The translations under genes and the position numbers were made by a program. The notes below the pieces were generated by a model. The model was not told the DNA's origin and made no database searches. It saw nothing but the letters and a program-made list of their open reading frames with translations. Source: Nemertoderma westbladi (Eukaryota > Animalia > Xenacoelomorpha). From it: a stretch of DNA of 64,000 nt. Shown here one piece after another: positions 12,608-24,679 of this stretch; position 1 is the stretch's first letter, and each line of letters begins with the position of its first letter. The DNA is taken from the NCBI GenBank assembly GCA_032718475.1, contig JAUCBJ010002518.1, positions 1 through 64,000 of the forward strand. Reading direction: 5' to 3'.

Positions 12608-13114
12608 TTGAACAACAAAATAGAAATAACCAATAAACAGTTTACCGGAAAAAACATTGCCAAATTTGAACTAGAGAAAATTTCACAGCAAATTACAGGT
12701 CAAAGTTGCTTAAAACCAAACATGTTTATCTACAAAGGTGACGATTCAACTATAATGCTATTTCCCAGCGGCGCAGTAACAATTGTAGGCCTTTGCAATA
12801 ATTTAGCTAGTGAATTGCTTTATTTAAAACAGACTATCGGGATGCAATTACAAAATTTGAAACTTAATACCGAAACACGAACTATTATTTTTCCAAGTGT
12901 TAATTTTAAATTATTAATGAAAAAATGTGGACATCATACAATTAATAATAAAGCAATATTTATTAGCTATACCCCCGAATTATTTTGTGCGATTAGAATA
13001 TATATAGGATGTGCATATTTCAGTGTATTTCATAGTAATAAAATCGTTTCCATGTGTCCAGCCGGTGAATTCCCTGAATCATTATCTATTTTACAAACTT
13101 TATTATTAAATTAG
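12608..13114 (+). CDS. Divergent TATA-binding protein (TBP)-like protein
   Basis: Two-repeat layout over ~168 aa: IMLFPSGAVTIVG resembles TBP ALIFSSGKMVCTG, and SYTPELF..FSVFHSNKIV resembles SYEPELFPGL..LLIFVSGKIV. Start is TTG, so the real 5' end is uncertain. Confidence 0.65.
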   Translation: MNNKIEITNKQFTGKNIAKFELEKISQQITGQSCLKPNMFIYKGDDSTIMLFPSGAVTIVGLCNNLASELLYLKQTIGMQLQNLKLNTETRTIIFPSVNFKLLMKKCGHHTINNKAIFISYTPELFCAIRIYIGCAYFSVFHSNKIVSMCPAGEFPESLSILQTLLLN

Positions 13115-13184
13115 TTTATTTACCATGGTATACATGAAAGTTTACTATATTATTTATTTTGTGTTGGTTTTTATTTTTCCGTTA

Positions 13185-14665
13185 GTAGGGTTTCAATCCG
13201 TGACCATCCGTTTTTCCTACTTTTTATAATTGCATTAGTAGGACTCGAACCCGGGTTTAACTTATTTTGTGTTGGTTTTATAATGGACGCGAGTAGGGAT
13301 TGAACCCGTGACCTTCTGTTTTTCCTAATTTATGTTTAGTTTAGTTACTCTAGTTATTCTATGTTTACTTTTTATATTTTCATGATTAGGATTCAAACCC
13401 TGGTTTAACTTATTTCGTGTTGGATTTATAATGGTCGCGAGTAGGGATTGAACCTATGACCTCCTGTTTATTTTCCATAAAACGGGATACGAGTAGGGAT
13501 TGAGCCCGTGACCTTCTGTTTTTCCTATTTTGTGTTTAGTTTAGGTACTCTAGTTATTCTATGTTTACTTTTTATATTTTTTTCATAAAACGGACACGAG
13601 TAGGGATTGAACCTACAGTATGACCATCTGTTTATCCTATTTTATGTTTAGTTTAGTTACTCTATGTTAAAGTGAATTTTCACATTATATTTGTGTTAAA
13701 TTATAAATTTATGTTACAATTATTATTTATATTATAAAAAACAGTTAAAGTGAATTTTCATATTATATTTATGTTAAATTATAAATTTATGCTACAATTA
13801 TTATTTATATTATAAAAAACAGAAATATTCGAGTTATATTGCATTATATATTTTACATTGAAGTGGATTACTTTAGATGTTGGGGGGAATCTGGTTTGCG
13901 AGGGATATTTGAACGGTGAGTATAACTATCCTTGAGAGTTAGTGTGACGTTATCTCACCATGGATGGGCTTTACCACTGTACTCGCATCTGCTCCCTCAT
14001 TGGCTGCTCGATGCCTCAGATTAAGGGTCTAAGGCCTTCAAGCTGGTCATTTGCTTAGTTCTCTAATTGGCGGGATGTGAGTTTGGACCCTAGAAGAGCA
14101 TTATTCTTTTTCCTAGCTCTTGGATAACTCTAGCATACACTCTAGCTTTGACTCTCCCGGCTATAGTTATAGTATGCAACCTTGGGAGTTAATGTGAGTA
14201 CATATTTCAGTGTATTTCATAGTAATAAAATCGTTTCCATGTGTCCTACCGGTGAATTCCCCGGATCATTATCTATTTTACAAACTATATTATTAAATTA
14301 GTTTATTTACTATGGTATACATGAAAGTTTACTATATTATTTATTTTGTGTTGGTTTTTATTTTTCCCTGAGTAGGGTTTGAATCCGTGAGCATCCGTGT
14401 TACCTACTTTTTATAATTGCATTAGTAGGACTCGAACCCTGGTTTAACTTATTTTGGGTTGGTTTTATAATGGACGCGAGTAGGGATTGAACCCGTGACC
14501 TCCTGTTTATTTTCCATAAAACGGGATACGACTAGGGATCGAACCTGTGACCATCTGTTTATCCTATTTTGTGTTTAGTTTAGGTACTCTAGTTATTCTA
14601 TGTTTAACTTATTTTGTGTTGGTTTTATATTGGTCGCGAGTAGGGATTGAACCCGTGACCATCTG
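13185..14665 (-). repeat. Clusters of tRNA T-arm/B-box-like repeats (GGTCACGGGTTCAATCCCTACTCG)
   Basis: GAGTAGGGATTGAACCCGTGACC and variants recur at 13185-13625, 14370-14665 and 4619-4740, within a larger ~1-kb duplicated unit. Confidence 0.7.
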
Positions 14666-17093
14666 TTTATCCTATTTTGTGTTTAGTTTAGTTACTCTAT
14701 GTTAAAGTGAATTTTCATATTATATTTATGTTAAATTATAAATTTATGCTACAATTATTATTTATATTATAAAAACAGAAATATTCGAGTTATATTGCAT
14801 TATATATTTTACATTGAAGTGGAATATTTTAGATGCTGGGGGAAACTGGTTTGCGAGGGATATTTGAATGGTGAGTATAACTATCCTTGAGAGCTAGTGC
14901 AACGCTACCTCACTATGGATGGGCTTTACCACTGTACTCGCATCTGCTCTCTCATTGGCTGCTCGATGCCTCCGATTAAGGGTCTAAGGTCTTCAAGCTG
15001 GTCATTTGCTTAGTTCTCTAATTGGAGGGATGTGAGTTTGGACCCTAGAAGAGCATTATTCTTTTTCCTAGCTCTTGGATAACTCTAGCATACACTCTAG
15101 CTTTTACTCTCCCGCCGGCTATAGTTATAGTATGCAACCTTGGGAGTTAATGTGAGTAAAGACCAAGAGATTAGACTTCAGGCTCCCTCTATTGGTTCAT
15201 TCTTCTTAACTTTATAAAATAACTCAACCCGTATTTAAAGTTTTAAAAATTATGACTTAGTCGACTAATTTTCCAAAGTATATTATAAAAACATATAATT
15301 TCTTGAATAAATAGACCTAATAGTAATAAATAATGTGGGGGTAAATACATTTATAATTCTAATATAATTATTAAGGATAAATAGTCCTAATACTAATATA
15401 ATTATGTAATAGTAAGCAAAATTTTTATGCGCAACCATCAGAGATTATTTGGATATAAAAGATCACACAGCAGGAGGCTAACTTGCTGGGATCGACAAAG
15501 GCTTTGTGTGCGGTGTGTCGCTATGTCTTATATCGGGTGGATGAGAGAGCCCCCTCCGGCGCAACATTGTGAACATGGGCTATATTGCTAGAGAGAGAAC
15601 TACATATAAGACCATGGCCGGCCCTCATGCAAATTTAGCGGCGCCAAGGCTAACGGGGCACCTCGAAGACAGTCTGGCTATAGTAGAGTAGAATGGATAT
15701 ACGAGTCCATAGCTAAAATACATCTGCCATGGAGCCTTCGCGTAGCACTATGCTCACCAAATATATTTATAATTCTCTATCCGCGAAATTTTCAGAAATT
15801 TTAAATTTTTGCCGTCGCTTCGCGGAAAAAATAAAAAGTAAACACAAAATAGGATATACAGATTCTCACAGATTCGATTCCCTATCCCCGACCAGGGTCA
15901 TTATGACCCTCCCCGGTGTTTGTACAACATTTTATAGCCCGGTAGTATTATGATTAAAGCTACTAATCTAAAACATAACAAGTGCAATTATCCTATCTGT
16001 TCCAACTCAGTCTCACTACTTTAGATAATATACTATAATAATAGTAATAGCAGCTGCTTTTAATTTCGCGATGAAATATTGTCAGCAAACGAAATATAGC
16101 GAATACATCATAGATAGAATTTTAAATTTTGCAGTCGCATGGAGTGATAACCCTTAGGTGAAAGCTAAATTTGCTCTACTTTAATCAAATGGGGCATTAA
16201 AGCTATGAGTATATTTTCCTCTACATCCTCCCTCGATCTTACGCAAATCTGGGTAAAAGGCAGCTGAAGGGCTATCATTCCCATCATATGCGGTCCTCCC
16301 TTTAATGTTTCATTGTTCTATTCATAGTCGCCTTTAAGAATTTCTCGGGAAAATAAGGATGAGGGGCTATCACTATCAACCCATGCGGCCCTCCCTTTCA
16401 TGATTTCATTGAACTATCCATAGTACGAACAATCAAACCAAAGCCTTTGAATATCCTCGCGGCTTATCAGCGGCGCCATGGCTAATGGCTTAATATTAAC
16501 AGTGAAGCATCTAAAAGACAGAGTGTCTATGATAGGGCAGAACAGTATACTTACAGCCTAGAGGTGGTCGCCCTGAAAACTTTGCTCGCCATCAATACAT
16601 ACAAAGCATCGCTTGATGGAAAGAGTAATAGGGTGGATATTTTCATTTTGGTGAATATAATTTATAGCATTAATCACAAAAACGCTAAATAATATATTTT
16701 AATTAAAATCAGCTCTGATAAACAACTTGCATATCGAGTTTGTAAAGAATTCATAGGGATTGGCTGTTTATTTAGGGGTTAACATTCAAATTGATTACGA
16801 AGAAGCAGTAGGGGTCATTAATGGTATGCTGAGACTCACTTATTTCATGGCTCGCTCTCATAGTATAGATTAACTAGTAGAGAAAAATGAAAAATAAGTG
16901 GTTAAACATCTTATATTTTTTAAACATTATGGGGAAACAAGAATAAATAATTTACCGACAACATCAATATTAAATAATATAACAACAACAGATAAATAAT
17001 TTACCAACAACATTAATAATAAATAATATAAGAACATCAACAATAACAAAAGATATAGTCAGAACAGTTTTCAATAAATAGAGACTGTTTATA

Positions 17094-18803
17094 TTAATAG
17101 GGTTGCTGGCCTCCGAGAATAACTGGTTTAACCCTTTTAGGGTCCGATACTATTAATGGTTGAGATAATTTTATCTTTAATAGATTGTTGAGATAGCCTT
17201 TTCTTGGGGGGTGAAATAGATTAAGGTGTGTTTGCTGTGGGAGAAAGATGCCTTCTCTGAGAGAACGTTTTAGTAATTCGAAAAGGCGCGCGATGGTAAA
17301 GTCGTTGGACAGGGTGATAGTGTTGGTATTTTTCGTATTGGTGAATATAATTTCTGTTGGTTTGTTCTCGATATGAATGTAAGGACTGAGATAGTAGTGA
17401 GAGTTGGGTGGGTTGGTTATATTTATCGTGAGAAAATCGCTGCCCCTAATATTGAGACCGTTGATGAACTGAAAAGTGGTATTCTCTTCGTCTTTCATTA
17501 AAATGGGCCAGATACCAACATATTTTTCGGATTTGAACTTATAGATAAAGGCTGCGATACTGCTATTTATGAGATAGCGCTGGTGATTGGGGATCGTAAT
17601 CTGCTTCGGTTTGAAAGCAAATTGTATAGCCATAGCCTTGAATCTGATTAGAGCCTCGCGCGCTTGAATCGTGTTAGCTATAGTAAAGGATTCGTTAAAT
17701 TTTCTCTCGGTTATCTGTAAATCAATTTCTGAATCACTGATACAACTTTGTATCGATATTCGCTCAGAAATGTTGTCTTTGTATACGTTAAGTTCATCGT
17801 AGCAGACACATTCACTATCCTCGATGGTTGAATCGAACCATTTCAATTCGCCGACCTCGGTTGGTGTAAGAAGAATCATGCCCCTAGAAGAAACAATAGC
17901 CTTTCCATCGTCAACCTCGTAGCCATTGGTGATCGCTAAATTGCGCTCGTTCCGAATATTTGTAACAAACCCAAAAGTGCAATAGTCAAAAGCAACCCAA
18001 TTTCCCGGTTTTAGGACAAGGTGAGTAGTAGGATTAATAAAAGGGCGACAGATGTTTACATATTGTTGAAATAAATTGGCGCAGGTGACGGAAAATGTGA
18101 TCCATGAACTGTTTACAGTGTCTTCCAGCTTTATTAACTCGAGTGGATTCACTGGGTTAATACTTCCATAGGTGCCAACTCTATAATTGATTCCAAAGTA
18201 ATAGGAGACTTTATTGGCAAAAAAGCATGTGAGCTCATTCAATTTCTCGCCGAAAGTGAGAACATCCTTATCGAAAAGTTTAAAGAAACGAGTCTCCTCT
18301 TCCTCGGTCGGAGTCGACGAGTTCCAGATGAGAAGAAGAATCGAGTTTGCGATACTATGAAAATCAAATAAGCGATCATCGGAGAAGAAGGAGGTTACGA
18401 GAGTGGTTAAACCCAGTAGACGATTTGCCACATCTTGGTTGATGTTTTCTCGAATAAAATCGACTATACTAGTTGGAATCGTAAACGTTTCGGGCGAAGT
18501 AGTTAGATTGAACGTTATTTTGTTGTCCCTTTTTAAAAGTTTGAAACCGTGGTTGGAGGAATGAAGTTTATTATCGTCGAGGGTTTGATATTGTCCATCG
18601 TGAAGTTCGTAGCAGGCGCGGAAAATAAAGTGCGCGTAGTTTGCTGGAATCGGGATGGGTTGGTTTAAGGTTGTATTTATCGTTAACGGGAAGAGTTTGT
18701 TCGCCGGATCGAAATATAGACCAAACGATTTGTCTTGTAGCATAAACTGATTTTCGTTGCAAACCAGATCGTTGCTTGAATAGCTGATTTCTGAATGTGC
18801 CAT
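17094..18803 (-). CDS. Uncharacterised 569-aa Polinton-borne protein, copy 2
   Basis: Same length as 9235-10944 with roughly 20 amino-acid differences and no indels or stops. Confidence 0.8.
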   Translation of the reverse strand: MAHSEISYSSNDLVCNENQFMLQDKSFGLYFDPANKLFPLTINTTLNQPIPIPANYAHFIFRACYELHDGQYQTLDDNKLHSSNHGFKLLKRDNKITFNLTTSPETFTIPTSIVDFIRENINQDVANRLLGLTTLVTSFFSDDRLFDFHSIANSILLLIWNSSTPTEEEETRFFKLFDKDVLTFGEKLNELTCFFANKVSYYFGINYRVGTYGSINPVNPLELIKLEDTVNSSWITFSVTCANLFQQYVNICRPFINPTTHLVLKPGNWVAFDYCTFGFVTNIRNERNLAITNGYEVDDGKAIVSSRGMILLTPTEVGELKWFDSTIEDSECVCYDELNVYKDNISERISIQSCISDSEIDLQITERKFNESFTIANTIQAREALIRFKAMAIQFAFKPKQITIPNHQRYLINSSIAAFIYKFKSEKYVGIWPILMKDEENTTFQFINGLNIRGSDFLTINITNPPNSHYYLSPYIHIENKPTEIIFTNTKNTNTITLSNDFTIARLFELLKRSLREGIFLPQQTHLNLFHPPRKGYLNNLLKIKLSQPLIVSDPKRVKPVILGGQQPY

Positions 18804-18969
18804 TGTGATTGTGTACCGGTAACTCGTTTAGGAAATAAAAATAAATAAATACTTTTACGAAAATAATTAAAACTTTTCAGGAAAACAAAGAGACAATGAT
18901 TGGGAATGTGGTGAATGGGGGCTATTATAGAGGGGGCTAGAATGGGTTAGCCAATCAGGGAACAGGAGG

Positions 18970-20129
18970 GAGAAAAGACTGTATAATTAAACCAATCAGA
19001 GAGCAGCTTTGATGACGTCACATCAGGCGAGATAATGATTGCCCAATGTTATTCAATGGTAGGCAGAGTGGCGCCATTGAATAACGAAGACAAAGGGGCC
19101 GCGAGAGGAAAGATTATAAAGTTAACGATAAGGGATCTATAAACCATAGAGCTAGAAATAGACATTATGTCATAGTGATCTCATTGGTAATATAAAAACT
19201 AATTAATCTAAAAATAGAAATCAATATATAAAATAAAAGTAATACAATTAATTAATTTAAAATAAAGTACAAATGAATAAATAAAGTAAAATAGAATACA
19301 AATAATTAATTAAAATTAAATATAAATAAATAGGTATTAATGAATAAAAGAAACATACCGGTATTACAACTATCGGTGGGTGTAACATACCGGTATTACA
19401 ACTACCGGTAGGTGTAACAGAGGGGGCGGGGCGCTTGGATACAACTATTATTAATAAGCTGTTGCTTGGTTAAAGCTAATTGGGGGTCAAAGGTCAAAGG
19501 TCAACGATAAAGCTGTCTGGAGTAATTAGTTAGCAGTAGGGGAGCTGTATACCCTAGGGCTAAATAAGGCTGCAAGTCTATGGTTAGATGCTTCCAATAA
19601 TGATCTCATTTAGTAGCGGTAAGTAATATAAAAACTAATTAATCTAAAAATAGAAATCAATGTATAAAGTAAAAGTAATACAATTAATTAATTTAAAATA
19701 AAGTACAAATGAATAATTAATTTAAAATTAAATATGAATAAATAAAGGTAAATAAAATATAGATAATTAATTAAAATTAAATATAAATAAATAACAGAGC
19801 TGTGGTGTCACTTATGACACCCTCTTGAGCCGGCTCTGCGACAGTTGGACAACACTGATGACCCATTGTGTGTCAGGGCGCTAATCAGTCTGATTAATTA
19901 GGATAATCAATTAAACCCTAATAGGACACATGTTAGGGTTTAATTGTACTAATTAATTGATGACACCTGTCAATTAGGGTCTAATTAGCCTAATTGGGAG
20001 GTGCCACCCAGACAGTCTGGCGCCAATGACACCCAATGACACCCATAGGGTGATAATTGGGTGTCATATGACACCCAATGGGTGTCAGTTGGGTCCAACT
20101 GTCGCAGAGCCGGCCAAGACCCTACTACT
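18970..20129 (-). repeat. Outer right TIR of Polinton 1
   Basis: Inverted copy of the left end, ends CCTACTACT followed by TSD AACACC. Confidence 0.9.
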
Positions 20130-20135
20130 AACACC

Positions 20136-20345
20136 GACAATATGGAATGCCCTGCCTCAAGAAATTCGAGAATCCGAAACGTTACAAAAAGTCACTAAAA
20201 ACTCATTATTTAAATCTGGAATACAATAACTAGAAATTTTTAACTTGAGTGTATTACTAGCTTTATCTGTGCTTTTAATAATTGATTGCGCCTTGCATAA
20301 ACTCTGATAAGGCGCTATATAAATATTATATATTACTATTATTAT
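20136..20345 (+). mobile_element. 3' end of the L2-like LINE split by Polinton 1
   Basis: TIWNALPQEIRESETLQK continues the ORF2 end; tail GCGCTATATAAAT followed by ATT-type repeats. Confidence 0.8.
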
Positions 20346-20509
20346 CAGTTAATCCCAAGATTCAGGAAGAGGTAAACTTCAGTCATCAATTTTTTAACAA
20401 TAACTTACTTCGCCTATGCTATGTGCACATTATACTTCCAATCATTTGTGTTTGCCAGTGTTCAAATGTCTTATTGTGATAATTGTTGATTACTATTTCC
20501 TAAATATAG

Positions 20510-20709
20510 GTAGAGCTCACAACATTGGATTGCTCCTAAATATCGAATCCTACGATTATTCTCCACAATATGGCGCCAATGCATCGGCATACCAACCTGC
20601 AGCATTTTATTTAGCAATACATGGAACAGATGCGATACCTGATTTCTCTTCATCAACTTTTACTCTGAATGGAGGCTCCAGCACTAAAATTGGCATAAAC
20701 ATGCGACTG
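20510..20709 (+). CDS. Exon of host DEG/ENaC (ASIC/pickpocket-like) sodium channel, extracellular domain
   Basis: AG acceptor 20508-20509, GTAAGT donor at 20710; IGLLLNIESYDY..FYLAIHGTDAIPD..FTLNGGSSTKIGI fits the DEG/ENaC pattern; phase-0 join to the next exon. Confidence 0.8.
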
Positions 20710-21084
20710 GTAAGTGAATTAGGAACCGAGAGTTTACTTACGGTAAGAATTTGTCAAGGCTGGCTGACAGCCCTAATAATTTCCAGGTGCATAGTAGGCC
20801 AGTCCATATGCTTAGCTACACCACCCATCCAAAAAAAACGTCATAGACGCAATGTACCAGCTGGTGCTCATGACATTTTTTGATGGGCCTTAGTGCCTGA
20901 GTACTAACAGTGGCCCAAGTGGCCCTAAATTCTAGGTAGTATCTGAGGGAATAAGACCCCATTTCCGATTTTATTGTTTTCATATTCATAAATGACTCTC
21001 AGATTTATAACCAGAAATTCTGATTTGTAACCAGGAACTCGTAACCGCTTTCGTAACCAAAAAATTCGTAAGAAATAGTCAGTT

Positions 21085-22286
21085 CCCTTATAGGTACCCT
21101 TATAGGTACCCTTATCGGACCCTTATCGGACCCTTATCGGACCCTTATAGGTACCCTTATAGGTACCCTTATCGGACCCTTATCGGACCCTTATAGGTAC
21201 CCTTATAGGTACCCTTATCGGACCCTTATCGGACCCTTATAGGTACCCTTATCGGACCCTTATCGGACCCTTATCGGACCCTTATAGGTACCCTTATCGG
21301 ACCCTTATAGGTACCCTTATAGGTACCCTTATCGGACCCTTATCGGACCCTTATCGGACCCTTATAGGTCCCCTTATCGGACCCTTATAGGTACCCTTAT
21401 AGGTACCCTTATCGGACCCTTATCGGACCCTTATCGGACCCTTATAGGTACCCTTATCGGACCCTTATAGGTACCCTTATAGGTACCCTTATCGGACCCT
21501 TATAGGTACCCTTATAGGTACCCTTATCGGACCCTTATAGGTACCCTTATAGGTACCCTTATCGGACCCTTATCGGACCCTTATCGGACCCTTATAGGTC
21601 CCCTTATCGGACCCTTATAGGTACCCTTATAGGTACCCTTATCGGACCCTTATCGGACCCTTATCGGACCCTTATAGGTACCCTTATCGGACCCTTATAG
21701 GTACCCTTATAGGTACCCTTATCGGACCCTTATCGGACCCTTATCGGACCCTTATAGGTACCCTTATCGGACCCTTATAGGTACCCTTATAGGTACCCTT
21801 ATCGGACCCTTATCGGACCCTTATCGGACCCTTATCGGACCCTTATCGGACCCTTATCGGACCCTTATCGGACCCTTATCGGACCCTTATAGGTCCCCTT
21901 ATCGGACCCTTATAGGTACCCTTATAGGTACCCTTATCGGACCCTTATCGGACCCTTATCGGACCCTTATAGGTACCCTTATCGGACCCTTATAGGTACC
22001 CTTATAGGTACCCTTATCGGACCCTTATCGGACCCTTATCGGACCCTTATAGGTACCCTTATCGGACCCTTATAGGTACCCTTATAGGTACCCTTATCGG
22101 ACCCTTATCGGACCCTTATCGGACCCTTATCGGACCCTTATCGGACCCTTATCGGACCCTTATCGGACCCTTATCGGACCCTTATCGGACCCTTATCGGA
22201 CCCTTATAGGTACCCTTATCGGACCCTTATCGGACCCTTATCGGACCCTTATCGGACCCTTATCGGACCCTTATCGGACCCTTATA
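21085..22286 (+). repeat. Intronic two-variant minisatellite (CCCTTATAGGTA 12 bp / CCCTTATCGGA 11 bp)
   Basis: About 100 interspersed units with no spacers. Confidence 0.95.
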
Positions 22287-22498
22287 TGCCCGTCACTAGT
22301 TTTAATTTGTTGGGAAATCTTAGATATTTTCAATTTTAAATCATAAAATTTCGTTGAGAGTAGCTGTAGAGTAGCTGTAGTGCCATTTGTTTGTTAATGA
22401 TGATTGATAATGGCGATACTTATTTATCATCACGGGACTTTACAAAGACTTATATTAAACGTGTATTAATATAATGTAATAATGTTTATATATTTTAG

Positions 22499-22709
22499 TT
22501 TCGACGAATTAACACATTGGGTTCGAGTTGCATAAAGGAAAACACTCTCCAATATTACAAAGAGTATTCTCTATCAACATGTATAAGTGAATGCGAAGCA
22601 AAATACCTAATCAATAAATGTGGCTGTGCTGAAGAAACTTTTGGTGCGAATTTTACCAATGTAAGAAAATGTTTCCCAAATGATTTAGGAGAATGCACCT
22701 TCCCAACGC
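22499..22709 (+). CDS. Exon of host DEG/ENaC channel, cysteine-rich thumb region
   Basis: TTTTAG acceptor, GTAAGT donor at 22710; FRRINTLGSSC..YYKEYSLSTCISECEAKYLINKCGC..C..C has DEG/ENaC cysteine spacing. Confidence 0.85.
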
Positions 22710-23379
22710 GTAAGTATGAAACAAATGCATTGATTCAACAAGAACCATACCAGAAATAAACCTAACAAACATACACATTTATTATCTCTGCACAATGCAT
22801 GAAAGTTATAAGGGGAAAAAGGAAGTGGGAAAACAGAAACTGCAACAACCATGGAGAATCAGGCAGCAGGACCTCAATTCCACTGTCCGCGCTCGTTTGA
22901 CCTATTAGTAATGTATTCCCACCCATGATATTGAAAATATCATTCTGTTCGTTCGAAGGTTGCGTTCAGTTTTGCCTATGGCTGCCATAATCACAAACTG
23001 TAGTTAATGAATGACGCAATAGAGATATTACATTGGCATACCGTTGTTGCCCTCCTCCACATGAGATAAACAGTACGTTGTACAATTTCGTCTAATTATT
23101 ATAAATTAAAATGGCCTTCAGCAAACGAGAATTCGAGAAATATTTGAATGCCTCACCATATACTCACACAGAATATCTCACCTGTTTCTCAACGAAATTT
23201 AGACATTGTTACTAGTCATTGTATTTTACATATTTGGCATCCTTGTAATGCAAGTGTTATGTCATGGTATCTAGGCTAGTAGACGTAGTATGAGTCGCTT
23301 TCGTCCTAGATACCAATCGGGGGTGGTAGGTAATACAGTTAGGTATTACTTGTCGAAGGGGTCTTAATAGCTCTGGATC

Positions 23380-24235
23380 TCAGTGAAAACTCAACTGGAC
23401 TTTATCTTCACATATTGACAGTGTATTGCCTGATAACCTTTTAGAAGTAAATGTGTCTGAGTCTGTACTCCCAGATATTCCCATTGGTGATATCTCCTTT
23501 GCTGAAGTGAAGGCTGCTGCAAAGAGCATTAAGACCAATCGTGCCAGTGGAGTAGATGGTGTTCCCCCTGAGGTCTTTAAAATACCTGAGTGTTTGGAGT
23601 CATTTATCCCATCATAGTAGACATGTACCGAACAACAAGAGTCCCACAAGAAATGAAAACAAATAAGTTGGTGCCAGTTCCCAAGAAGGGCAACCTAACA
23701 CTCTATGGTTATTTTCGGGGAATCTCATTGATCTCGATTGCTGCAAAGCTATACTATAGAATTCTATTAAATCGCATCAGGGATCCCAGTGAGAGACTGC
23801 TCCGTGGAAATCAGAATGCATTCCGCAAAGCTTTTGGGACCAAGGAGCCCATTTTAAGACAGACATCTGACTGTTATCTTTGTTGACTTCTTCAAGGCCT
23901 TTGATTCAGTATCTTGCTCACGTATGTTCAGCATGCTTTCATTATGTGGGATTCCTGATGAAATTATTGCAGCAATCAGATCAGTATACGATGGTTCGAC
24001 AACATTTGTGTCTACTGTTGATGGTGACACAGAGCCATTCGAAGTGTTATGGGGAGTCCTCCAGGGAGACACACTTGCACCATTCTTATTCAAAAGTGTG
24101 GCTGACTATGTTCTATGCATGTCCTTAGATCATCATAATGATGATGGGTGTGGGATGATGGTAACTCCACCTACTGGCTCCAGAAGTCGAGGAAATCCTG
24201 CCAAGTACCTAACTGATCTAGACTTTGCTGATCAC
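23380..24235 (+). pseudogene. RTE-clade LINE reverse transcriptase fragment
   Basis: ASGVDGVPPEVFK, PVPKKGNL, FRGISLISIAAKLY, QNAFRK, FVDFFKAFDSV, GVLQGDTLAPFLF, LDFAD across frameshifted ORFs. Confidence 0.85.
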
Positions 24236-24239
24236 TACA

Positions 24240-24660
24240 GGGTTCACAGCTGCTCCTCACCTCCTAAATGTTTTGTTTGTCCTCTTCATTATTAAGAGTT
24301 CAACTAGTTGGTCTTTTATTGCTTGTTTACATTGATCGATTTCCGCGTCTTTGAATTTGCATGATCGAGCTAGGTTTCTCAGAGCAAGATAGCAATCCTC
24401 TATGGATTCGCCCTCATCCTGGTGTCTTAGGCGAAATGTTCGTCGTTCCATTTTATTCCATTTACTCTTGTTAATTTTATATTTTATCCCAATCACTTTC
24501 GGTTTCGCTCTCATCATCGTAATATTTGGTAATACATTCTTTCACACGAACTGCACTATCACGTTTACTTACTCTAGGTTTACTTTCAGTTTCATTAACT
24601 TGTATTTCTGTCGATATTGGATGAGGAATGATATCTTTGATATCCTTCATCTTACACTCT
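24240..24660 (-). pseudogene. Ty3/gypsy-like gag fragment
   Basis: ERRTFRLRHQDEGESIEDCYLALRNLARSCKF..IKDQLV matches the gypsy gag QxxGES motif; boundaries approximate. Confidence 0.65.
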
Positions 24661-24679
24661 AAATTATAAAGTCTCTTAA

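Larger units (their letters stand above)
2461..20129. mobile_element. Polinton/Maverick-type DNA element, composite and non-autonomous
   Basis: Starts AGTAGTAGGGTCTTGGCCGG, ends CCGGCCAAGACCCTACTACT; exact 6-bp TSD AACACC at 2455-2460 and 20130-20135; ~1.1-kb TIRs; pPolB remnant; the LINE reading resumes across the TSD (..STP|TIWNALPQEIR). Confidence 0.9.

Noticed and set aside
20416-20883. 155-aa ORF as a standalone gene
   Set aside because: Only 20510-20709 is channel-like and splice-bounded; the rest is intron read-through.
21085-22286. CRISPR-like appearance of regular repeats (also 27010-27355, 50110-50790, 58736-59510)
   Set aside because: No unique spacers, no cas genes, eukaryotic context; these are minisatellites.
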